Assembly (NCBI GenBank): GCA_964412775.1
Contig: CAYPPX010000003.1
Location: forward strand, 3,021 to 67,020
Length of the DNA stretch: 64,000 nucleotides
Direction: 5' to 3'
DNA from: an uncultured Pseudomonadales bacterium
Lineage (GTDB): Bacteria > Patescibacteriota > Microgenomatia > UBA1400 > PJMF01
Shown here: positions 1 to 7,058 of the stretch, piece by piece
How positions within the stretch are numbered: position 1 is the first letter of the stretch
Layout of the letters: each line of letters starts with the position of its first letter
Notes under the pieces: generated by a model
Told to the model about the DNA's origin: nothing
Seen by the model: only the letters and a program-made list of their open reading frames with translations
Databases searched by the model: none
Translations under genes and position numbers: made by a program

Positions 1-606
1 ATTACCATCGCTCGTGAACCTGGTAGTGGTGGTTTACCAATTGCTCAGGAATTGGGTAAAAGATTGGGCATGGCGGTTCATGACGAAACGATTATCGATA
101 AAGTAGCAGAGTCGACCAAACGACGCAGATCAATTATTCGTAAGATTGATGAGAAAAGTCGTACTTATCTTGAAGACTTGATCCACTCAGCTCTCAATCC
201 CAACTATGTTGATGAAAACACTTATATTAAAGAACTTAGTAAAGTTATTTTGTTACTCGCTCATGATGGTAATAACATCATTGTTGGTCGTGGAGCAAAT
301 TTCATTACGCCTTTTTCCAAAGGATTGCATGTCAATATTGTGGCCCCATATAAATTGAGAGTTTTGAGAGCAATGAAGCATGAGGATTACACTGAGGAAA
401 AGGCTAAACAAGTAATTGCCCACCATGAAAAAGAACGCCGTGATTTTGTCAAAAGATATTTTAAGCAAGACTTAAATAGTCGCAATGCTTATGACTTAAC
501 TTTGAACACCACCCATTACTCCATTGAAGAAGCGGCTGAGGTGATCGAGATGGCTTTCCGTCGTAAATTTCCAGTTTGGCAAAGAATTAAATCTGCTTTG
601 TTTTAA
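1..606 (+). CDS. cytidylate kinase-like family protein (AAA/P-loop), 5'-truncated by window edge
   Basis: Frame-1 ORF is open from position 1 (ITIAREPGSGGLPIAQELGKRLGM...). The P-loop-like GSGG motif and overall composition resemble the cytidylate-kinase-like family. The start codon lies outside the window. Confidence 0.5.
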   Translation: MTIAREPGSGGLPIAQELGKRLGMAVHDETIIDKVAESTKRRRSIIRKIDEKSRTYLEDLIHSALNPNYVDENTYIKELSKVILLLAHDGNNIIVGRGANFITPFSKGLHVNIVAPYKLRVLRAMKHEDYTEEKAKQVIAHHEKERRDFVKRYFKQDLNSRNAYDLTLNTTHYSIEEAAEVIEMAFRRKFPVWQRIKSALF

Positions 607-647
607 GATTAGTTTATAATACTTAACTATTAGATTTTAAATCTATT

Positions 648-731
648 GCCAGAGTGCTGGAATTGGTAGACAGGCTAGTATCAGGAACTAGTGCTCTTTC
701 GAGTGTGAGGGTTCAAGTCCCTCCTCTGGCA
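648..731 (+). tRNA. tRNA-Leu (anticodon CAG), long variable arm
   Basis: Acceptor stem GCCAGAG/CTCTGGC. Anticodon stem CTAGT/ACTAG with loop ATCAGGA gives anticodon CAG. Long variable arm and T-arm GGTTCAAGTCC are present. Confidence 0.8.
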
Positions 732-824
732 CTCAACTAAAGTTGGAAAAAATTCAGTTTTTCACTTTGACGAAGATGTTATATAATGTCAGTCTTGTGA
801 GAAATCACGAACTTTAAAACAAAT

Positions 825-898
825 GCGAGAATAGCTCAGTTGGCTAGAGCGTCTCCTTGCCAAGGAGAAGGTCGCGGGTTCGAGTCCCGTTTCTCGCT
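825..898 (+). tRNA. tRNA-Gly (anticodon GCC)
   Basis: Acceptor GCGAGAA/TTCTCGC. D-arm GCTCAGTTGGCTAGAGC. Anticodon loop TTGCCAA gives GCC. T-arm GGTTCGAGTCC. Discriminator U. Confidence 0.85.
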
Positions 899-916
899 CA
901 GCGTGTGCAAAATTAA

Positions 917-998
917 GCCCAGGTGGCGGAACTGGTAGACGCGCAGTCTTGAGGTGGCTGTGGAGTAATCTGTGGAGGTTCAAGTCCTCTCCTGGGCA
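917..998 (+). tRNA. tRNA-Leu (anticodon GAG), long variable arm
   Basis: Acceptor GCCCAGG/CCTGGGC. Anticodon stem CAGTC/GGCTG with loop TTGAGGT gives GAG. Variable arm TGGAGTAATCTGTGG. T-arm GGTTCAAGTCC. Confidence 0.8.
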
Positions 999-1013
999 CC
1001 CCACACTTTCTCT

Positions 1014-1087
1014 GGACTCGTAGCTCAGTTGGTTAGAGCGTTCGGTTTACATCCGAAAGGTCAGAGGTTCGAGCCCTCTCGGGTCCA
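1014..1087 (+). tRNA. tRNA-Val (anticodon TAC)
   Basis: Acceptor GGACTCG/CGGGTCC. D-arm GCTCAGTTGGTTAGAGC. Anticodon stem TTCGG/CCGAA with loop TTTACAT gives TAC. T-arm GGTTCGAGCCC. Confidence 0.85.
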
Positions 1088-1095
1088 CTTTTTTT

Positions 1096-1178
1096 GTACA
1101 ACCAAGCCAAGCTAGCCAAGTTGGTCACGGCGCATGTCTGAAAAACATGAAATTCAAGTTCGATTCTTGAGCTTGGCA
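1096..1178 (+). tRNA. tRNA-Phe (anticodon GAA)
   Basis: Acceptor GCCAAGC/GCTTGGC. Perfect anticodon stem CATGT/ACATG with loop CTGAAAA gives GAA. T-arm AGTTCGATTCT. One D-stem mismatch. Confidence 0.7.
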
Positions 1179-1180
1179 CT

Positions 1181-1216
1181 AAAACCCTTTACTCGATTGT
1201 AGTATGGGGTTTTTTA
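1181..1216 (+). terminator. rho-independent terminator after the tRNA cluster
   Basis: AAAACCC-TTACT-loop-AGTA-GGGGTTTTTT hairpin followed by a T-run, immediately 3' of tRNA-Phe. Confidence 0.5.
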
Positions 1217-1240
1217 ATTATTTTTATAAATCCTATAATA

Positions 1241-1269
1241 TTGACTATTTAGACTGTTTTTGCTATAAT
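1241..1269 (+). promoter_or_regulatory. near-consensus sigma70 promoter (TTGACT-N17-TATAAT)
   Basis: TTGACT at 1241-1246, exact 17-nt spacer, TATAAT at 1264-1269. The predicted TSS near 1276 gives a roughly 220-nt leader before the ATG at 1498. Confidence 0.55.
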
Positions 1270-1497
1270 TAAGCTTTATTCCACTCAAGTAGGTAGCTCT
1301 TTAATAATTTATGGTGGTGAATTTATTGTCGTTAAATTTTGACGGCAACAAGGTCGCCACCCCAAAAATAGTCTATGGTTTTGTTGCCATTGATTTAATA
1401 CTTGGTGGTTACCAATCTCATTGTCGCCTTGTTTAAACAACTAAGGCATAAGCACAGTACGCTCACCTGAGATCGGTGGGCAGAAAGTTGAAATGCA

Positions 1498-1743
1498 ATG
1501 GTAATCTTAGGAATTGCTATTGGATTGATTGCTTGGGTCTTGATTTTTCTAGTGCCCAAGCCGACTCCAGTGGCTGGTTTGATCCTAGTTGTTTGCCAAC
1601 TACCCTTTGCTCTCGTTACCTTTTATGAATATCTCATGGGAACGCTGAGCATTGGATTGATTGTTGCTTTGATTTTGGACTTTGCCTTCGCAGGAATTGC
1701 TTGGGTACTGTTCGCTGTCAGGCGCAAGCATACTGGGTACTAA
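1498..1743 (+). CDS. small hydrophobic membrane protein (2-3 TM), hypothetical
   Basis: 81-aa ORF made almost entirely of hydrophobic helices. It lies downstream of the consensus promoter and upstream of a terminator at 1824-1856. Confidence 0.45.
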   Translation: MVILGIAIGLIAWVLIFLVPKPTPVAGLILVVCQLPFALVTFYEYLMGTLSIGLIVALILDFAFAGIAWVLFAVRRKHTGY

Positions 1744-1823
1744 TGCGTTTGTGGTGCCCCAAAAAAGTCATGAGGCCATAACCAACACTCGCTGTTGGTG
1801 AATGGTTCAAGCTTTGTAAGCAG

Positions 1824-1856
1824 AAATCCCTGTTCAGAGATGGACAGGGATTTTTA
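1824..1856 (+). terminator. rho-independent terminator
   Basis: AAATCCCTGT-tcagagatgg-ACAGGGATTTTT: a 10-bp stem followed by a T-run. Confidence 0.6.
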
Positions 1857-1940
1857 TGTTTTATTGATATATTTTGATATAATTAGCTGAAAGTCGTTGC
1901 TAGTCCCAAATCCAGACCATCAGGTCAGAAAGGAGGCGTT

Positions 1941-2090
1941 ATGCCCCCCACTCCCTTGGAACGAGCAGTCGGCCTATTTGCAATTATCTTTGTGGTAGTT
2001 TATTTCAGGAAGGAATTGGCTTCTGAACTGAGATTGCTAAAACAAGATATAAGCCAATGGCTGAAAAAAGCGACAAAAAAATCCCCGTAA
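1941..2090 (+). CDS. unannotated small protein (49 aa, one TM helix then a basic tail)
   Basis: Perfect SD AAAGGAGG five nt upstream of ATG 1941. ORF MPPTPLERAVGLFAIIFVVVYFRKELASELRLLKQDISQWLKKATKKSP. Its stop lies in the loop of the terminator hairpin at 2081-2098. It is absent from the ORF track, presumably for falling below the length cutoff. Confidence 0.4.
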   Translation: MPPTPLERAVGLFAIIFVVVYFRKELASELRLLKQDISQWLKKATKKSP

Positions 2091-2110
2091 TACCGGGGAT
2101 TTTTCTTTTT
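2078..2110. terminator. bidirectional rho-independent terminator
   Basis: AAAAAA-ATCCCCG-taata-CGGGGAT-TTTTCTTTTT. It has A-run and T-run flanks, so it can terminate both the plus small ORF and the minus-strand transporter operon. Confidence 0.6.
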
Positions 2111-2284
2111 CAGTTGAGTTTAAGAGTTATTTCTTCATGCCGGTTAGAGCAGTGAGAATCTCTTTGATAAAAGCGATAAAAAACTTCAAAATGTCTGCGC
2201 CTATCATCACGCCATAGGTAGCAGTTTTTTCTAGACCTTTGGCAAAGATCTTATTACGTTGTAGGCGACTTTGTTCTGACATAA

Positions 2285-3304
2285 CTAATCTTGAACGATT
2301 TTCTTTCTAAAGAGTGAATAAGTAGCTCTGAGGATAATATAAACTGGGATAGCCAGTAAACCACCAATTACACTCCCAAGTTGGAAACCAATAAACACAC
2401 ACAACATGGCTACCAATGGATTGACCTTGGCATTGGTACTCATAATCTTGGGAACAATAAAGTTGTTTTCTAGCTGTTGAATGACGGTGTACATGGCTAT
2501 CGTGGCGCCAGCCATGGGTAGCCCAAAGGTAAAGTAAGCGAGTAACACACCTGGTACTGCAGAGATAAATGGGCCCAAGTTAGGTAGAATTTCTAGAGTA
2601 CCAGCTAAAATTGCTAGTGGTAAGGCAAAGGGAATTTTGAGCATCATCAAGCCAAAGTAAGTGGCTAAGGCAATCACAATCATCAAGATCATCTGACCTC
2701 TAACCCAGCCACCCAGTTGAATCTCTAGATCATCCAAAAAGTTTTTTGCGATTTCAAGGTTTTCTTTTCTGTTGGTAAACCAGGCTACTTTTTTGTGTAG
2801 GTGTGGACGATCGATCAACATGTAGAAAGACATAATCAGTAAAGTCAGGAAAGTAAAGAAACCAGCAAAAGTATTAGTAACTATGCCAAGTAAAAACTGG
2901 ACTGACGAACCGAATTGGTTGGCCAAGTTACCAATCTCACTAAAAGAAAACTGCATGCCAGCCAATTGCTCCTGGAGGTATGGGAAGTTAATGGTTTTGA
3001 GGAAACGAACGATTTCTGAAACCAAGGGTGGTAAAACCAAAGCGGTAGCAGAAACAATCAAGACAATTAACAACACATAGACTAAGATCATACTCAAAAT
3101 TCTGGGTAGGCGAAGTTTCTTTTGGAAACGAGTTACGGCTGGATTGAGGGCAACCATCAAGATAAAGGATAGTAGTAACAACAATAAGATATTGCTAATT
3201 GAAGCTAAAAACTTCAATCCACCCAAGATGGCTAGGGTAAAAATCACGATCGAGGGACTAATACTAATTTGGGTTTTGTTTTTTGCGGTAAGCCAATCAA
3301 ACAT
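2285..3304 (-). CDS. AI-2E family transporter (UPF0118/TqsA-like permease)
   Basis: 339 aa with about 8 TM helices. The layout and composition are typical of the AI-2E/PerM family, with a long hydrophobic N-terminal half and conserved C-terminal helices. Confidence 0.7.
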   Translation of the reverse strand: MFDWLTAKNKTQISISPSIVIFTLAILGGLKFLASISNILLLLLLSFILMVALNPAVTRFQKKLRLPRILSMILVYVLLIVLIVSATALVLPPLVSEIVRFLKTINFPYLQEQLAGMQFSFSEIGNLANQFGSSVQFLLGIVTNTFAGFFTFLTLLIMSFYMLIDRPHLHKKVAWFTNRKENLEIAKNFLDDLEIQLGGWVRGQMILMIVIALATYFGLMMLKIPFALPLAILAGTLEILPNLGPFISAVPGVLLAYFTFGLPMAGATIAMYTVIQQLENNFIVPKIMSTNAKVNPLVAMLCVFIGFQLGSVIGGLLAIPVYIILRATYSLFRKKIVQD

Positions 3305-3354
3305 AGTAGATCTAGTATAGAGGAATGACTGGGTGGTGGGAAGAGGGAGAGAAG

Positions 3355-3900
3355 TTAAAGTTTTTCTACAAAATTTCTTAGTAAATCTGACTTTGTAACA
3401 CCTTTTTTATCAGCTACTTTTTTTAGCTTTTCATCTAATTTTTCATCAATTAAAAAGTTAAGTTTTTTTTGTTTTTCTATTGGTAAATCTAAAATTATTT
3501 TTGGTAGATTTTTTTCTAATTCGAAAATTTTTTTATATGGAACAAAAATAAATTTTTTATAATTTTCCAAAAAGATTGACATGTTGGGAACTGTATCTAA
3601 TCTTGACAAGCAAATAACTGGTTTACTGTTAGTTAGTGCTTCATGTATCAGATAGCCAACACTTATGCTTTCATGAGTTATTTCTGAAACTATAAAGTCA
3701 GCATTCTTGATTTTTTTAATAATATTTTTATGAAAAGTTATATTTTTTTGGTTTGATTTATTAATTGAATCAGAGTTCTCATTAATTACATGCTTGTAGA
3801 ATACTTCATGACCAAGTGTTTTTAATATTCCAATAATTGATAAATAAAAAAACTTTTGTTCTTTTTTACCATTTATTGAAGCTACAAAAACTACTTTCAT
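3355..3900 (-). CDS. DNPH1/Rcl-like 2'-deoxynucleoside 5'-phosphate N-hydrolase domain fused to a C-terminal ribbon-helix-helix-like tail
   Basis: N-terminus (MKVVFVASINGKKEQ...GHEVFYKHV and NADFIVSEITHESISVGYLIHEALTNSKPVICLS) aligns by eye with the DNPH1/Rcl signature (IYFCGSIRGGRED...; ADVVVAEVTQPSLGVGYELGRAVALGKPILCLF), including the catalytic Glu. The C-terminal 40 aa (KLNFLIDEKLDEKLKKVADKKGVTKSDLLRNFVEKL) has a beta-strand/helix/helix RHH pattern. GC about 25%. Its SD GGAGGTG overlaps the stop codon of the upstream helicase. Confidence 0.6.
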   Translation of the reverse strand: MKVVFVASINGKKEQKFFYLSIIGILKTLGHEVFYKHVINENSDSINKSNQKNITFHKNIIKKIKNADFIVSEITHESISVGYLIHEALTNSKPVICLSRLDTVPNMSIFLENYKKFIFVPYKKIFELEKNLPKIILDLPIEKQKKLNFLIDEKLDEKLKKVADKKGVTKSDLLRNFVEKL

Positions 3901-3901
3901 T

Positions 3902-6900
3902 TCACCTCCACCCTTCCCTCAACTCTGCCACCACGGTTTTAATTAGCTTAGCGAGATCTCTAACATCTTCATCCAAGAGTTCAAAGTTGCGGGTGATGAT
4001 TTTATCTTTGTCAGTGGGTTCGATAAATTGGAATTCACCACTAGTAACTTCATATGGGAAGCTACGATCTAGCTGGGTGAGGAGTTTGTAAAATAGTAAC
4101 TGGCGTTTGTATGGGCCACGAATATTTTCTGGGAGTTGTTGCTCGCGTTCAGATAAATTGGCGGTCAAGGTTTTACCTTCGATGTCGTTGGCACTGCGAG
4201 CGTGACCGGTTTTGTAATCGATGACTTTGACTTGTTTTTGGTCAATGCTGACCCAGTCAATCCGATCAATCCGACCAGTGAGAGCAATATCATCCAGCAT
4301 CACTTTTTGTTTACCACTACCAAAGAACCGCTCAATGTATAACGGATTGGCAGTTTTACTGATTGCTTCTGGGTAGTATCTTTCCAGGACTTTGAGGCCG
4401 TAATTGAGGCGACTGGTCTGGTCTGTTGGATCGAGAATCTCTTGTTCCAAAGCCAAGGTAAACTTGGCTTTGAGATCGTTGAGGCTAGGATATTGGCCAG
4501 TCACTTGAAAAGTTTTATACAAAAACTCCATGGTGCTGTGTATCGCTGTGCCAAAAGCCAGAATCGGCGTTTTGGCTCTAGGGACCCTGAGCAAGGTGTT
4601 GTGTAAAAAGTCTGTTGGATCTTTGAGATAAACATTTAGGGCAGTCACTGACCAACGGAAGTTGTCTAGCAACCAATTCAAGTAGAGTTTTTCTTTGTCA
4701 CTACTCACCAAAGTTGTAACCGTTGGGGTTGGTTCTAACAATTTGGTCAGATAATCAGTAGCTTGTTGTTCATCTAATTCGTGTTTAAGGTCGGTCCAAG
4801 CTTGTTGGTCTGGGTCATCTTCCTGAATTTCTGCCAAGAACATACTCGGAACCATATCACGAGTGTGACCTTCAGTAATGACGGTGGCTGGATGAGAAAT
4901 GGTGAGTTGTTTCTTGGCCCGAGTGAGCGCCACGTAGAATAATCGGCGTTCATCTTCATTGCGTTCTTTGCTATTTAGATTAGTATTTTTGAGAATTTCG
5001 ACGGGGAGTTTGATCAAATCTTTACTGCGATTATTACCCCATTTTTTATCGACACATTGGAACAAAAAGACTTGGTCCCATTCCCGACCTTTGGCTTTAT
5101 GAACAGTTGATAAATGGATGGCTTGTTGGCGGACATTGAGATCTTCAATGGTGATTTGGAGCTTGTGTTCTTCGATCAAATCCAAGGCTCGGAGTAAATC
5201 AACTAATTTGAATTGATGATTATGATTGACCAGTTTTTTAATTTCACTAAATAGAGAATTCAAGACGGTAATCAAGTAGATTTTTCCTGGTTGAGTCAAG
5301 ATCCAAGGTAATAAACCTGATTCCTTGATGACTAATTCAAAGAAAGCAGGAAAAGTTTGATTAGTATCGGCACTGGTCCAGGCTTTGAGTTTACTGATAT
5401 AAGTTTTGAGTGGTTCCATGTCTAATGGTGTCACTTCAAAACCTGGGTTGACACTATTAATTTCTTCTGGACTTTGTTCAATGATATCTACTAAAGGCTT
5501 TTTAGTTTTACCAGCCGTTCGTGCCAGTTTTAGCACCACATCACTATTCCAACTAAAAGTTTGTTTCAGCCATTCATAGTTGAGAGTTTCGTAAAGAAGT
5601 TCGGTTTCTTCGCCACTGCGGATGGCCACAATCACTTTGAATAAAACAATTAGCTGGCGAATAATTTCTTCTTTCAATGCATCACCACCCCCTTCGACTT
5701 CGTAAGGAATTTGCCAAGTATCAAATACTTCAGCCAAGATATGCCGATCGAGGTTGTGACGATATAAGACGGCGATTTCGTGAGCAGGTAGACCTTCAGC
5801 AAGTAAATTTTTAATCTGTTCGGCAATCTGGATTGCCTCTAAAATTTGAGAAGAACCTGTCGCTAGTTTAATTTTGTTACCAGCCCCATGGGGACTTTGG
5901 AGTTGATTGACCAAAGAGATTTTTTGGTCAGCTAGTTCTAGGCCAAGGTTGTTATGACTAATTAGTTTGGTGGCGGTGTCATAAATGTTTTGGGGACAAC
6001 GATAACCAGTTTCTAACGTCACTACGGTGGCAGTGGGATATTTTTGGACAAACTGGAGCATATTTTCCACGGAAGCACCTTGGAAACGATAGATAGCTTG
6101 ATTGGGATCGCCCACCACAAAAATATTGGCGGTTTCTTGCCAGTAACTAGCCAGTAAATCGACAACGGTATTTTGAGCTGAGTTGGTATCCTGATACTCA
6201 TCAACCAAAAAGTAATGAAGATTTTCTTGGTATTCTCTGAGTAACAATTCATCTTGTTGAAAAGCTTCGACGACTAAGGCAATCATGTCATCAAAGTCGT
6301 AGCGTTTACTGTCTCTGAGTTTTTGCTGGTAGGTTTTGTAAACTTCCCACAGTTCTTGGTTTTTTTCTAATTGTTTCCAGTCTTTTTCCCAGTCAGTGCG
6401 ACTCAACTCGCCAGGTTTTTTTCTGGCTCTTTTGCCAGGCTCTGGAGCTGGTGGTTCAGTAGCCAGTAAGCGTTGTTCCCATTCTCTGAGTAACTCTTCA
6501 TATTGTTGAGCGTTAATGCCTTCTCTTTTGAGGTCAGAAATCCCTTTGATCGCATCTTTGATGTAAAAGAAGGGTGTATTGAGGGGTTTGATTTTTTCTA
6601 GATTTAAAGTTGAGAAAATATTTTCAAAAAATTCATAACGTTCTAAATCAGAAAGTGGGGTGCTATCACGTTCGATGGGAAAAGCTTCTGGATGAGTATC
6701 GATGACTTCCTTACAAAATGAGTGAAAAGTGGCAATTTGAACGTAATAACCAGTTTTACCGATCATTTTGACCAAGCGTTCGCGCATATTTTTGGCGGCA
6801 CTTTCAGTAAAAGTTAAGGCCAAAATACTAGACGGATTCGTATCAGTTTGTTTGAGGATCTGAGCAATTCTGGCAGTCAAAACTTGGGTTTTACCAGTCC

Positions 6901-7006
6901 CAGGACCAGCAATCACCATCACTGGACCATCGATGGTGTCGACAGCTTGTTTTTGGGCAGAATTAAGTGATTGATAAACGCGACTGAAGGCCAAATCTTG
7001 CGACAT
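3902..7006 (-). CDS. UvrD/PcrA-family SF1 helicase fused to a C-terminal RecB-family PD-(D/E)xK nuclease (AddA-like helicase-nuclease)
   Basis: Walker A AGPGTGKTQVL, motif II DEYQDTN, motif III GDPNQAIYRFQGA, motif VI VHKAKGREWD. C-terminal nuclease motifs GRIDRID, VIDYKTG and QLLFYKLL (QxxxY). Confidence 0.8.
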   Translation of the reverse strand: MSQDLAFSRVYQSLNSAQKQAVDTIDGPVMVIAGPGTGKTQVLTARIAQILKQTDTNPSSILALTFTESAAKNMRERLVKMIGKTGYYVQIATFHSFCKEVIDTHPEAFPIERDSTPLSDLERYEFFENIFSTLNLEKIKPLNTPFFYIKDAIKGISDLKREGINAQQYEELLREWEQRLLATEPPAPEPGKRARKKPGELSRTDWEKDWKQLEKNQELWEVYKTYQQKLRDSKRYDFDDMIALVVEAFQQDELLLREYQENLHYFLVDEYQDTNSAQNTVVDLLASYWQETANIFVVGDPNQAIYRFQGASVENMLQFVQKYPTATVVTLETGYRCPQNIYDTATKLISHNNLGLELADQKISLVNQLQSPHGAGNKIKLATGSSQILEAIQIAEQIKNLLAEGLPAHEIAVLYRHNLDRHILAEVFDTWQIPYEVEGGGDALKEEIIRQLIVLFKVIVAIRSGEETELLYETLNYEWLKQTFSWNSDVVLKLARTAGKTKKPLVDIIEQSPEEINSVNPGFEVTPLDMEPLKTYISKLKAWTSADTNQTFPAFFELVIKESGLLPWILTQPGKIYLITVLNSLFSEIKKLVNHNHQFKLVDLLRALDLIEEHKLQITIEDLNVRQQAIHLSTVHKAKGREWDQVFLFQCVDKKWGNNRSKDLIKLPVEILKNTNLNSKERNEDERRLFYVALTRAKKQLTISHPATVITEGHTRDMVPSMFLAEIQEDDPDQQAWTDLKHELDEQQATDYLTKLLEPTPTVTTLVSSDKEKLYLNWLLDNFRWSVTALNVYLKDPTDFLHNTLLRVPRAKTPILAFGTAIHSTMEFLYKTFQVTGQYPSLNDLKAKFTLALEQEILDPTDQTSRLNYGLKVLERYYPEAISKTANPLYIERFFGSGKQKVMLDDIALTGRIDRIDWVSIDQKQVKVIDYKTGHARSANDIEGKTLTANLSEREQQLPENIRGPYKRQLLFYKLLTQLDRSFPYEVTSGEFQFIEPTDKDKIITRNFELLDEDVRDLAKLIKTVVAELREGWR

Positions 7007-7058
7007 TAAAAGTCATTATAACCGAAGCTCGGACTCTGGAAAGATGAAAAAGTAGAGA

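Noticed and set aside
789-1004. 71-aa minus-strand ORF from the six-frame track
   Set aside because: It lies entirely across the tRNA-Gly/tRNA-Leu genes and their spacers. It is an antisense read-through of structured RNA genes, not a plausible CDS.
1270-1497. Possibility that the long leader is RNase P RNA, SRP RNA, tmRNA or 6S RNA
   Set aside because: I found no conserved RNase P P4 motifs (GNAANNUC / ACAGNRA), no SRP domain IV GGAA-tetraloop arrangement, and no tRNA-like tmRNA ends. It is kept only as an unclassified structured leader.
3837-4091. 84-aa plus-strand ORF; similar antisense ORFs at 253-468, 2883-3080, 4774-4959, 6022-6252, 18229-18493, 21858-22100, 24082-24312, 24986-25342, 34702-35106, 36902-37111, 45161-45668 and 57303-57671
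   Set aside because: All lie antisense to, or out of frame within, well-supported conserved genes (helicase, murA, murG, ftsA, ftsZ, ftsI, rsmH, ruvB and others). They are low-complexity translations with no RBS and were treated as shadow ORFs.
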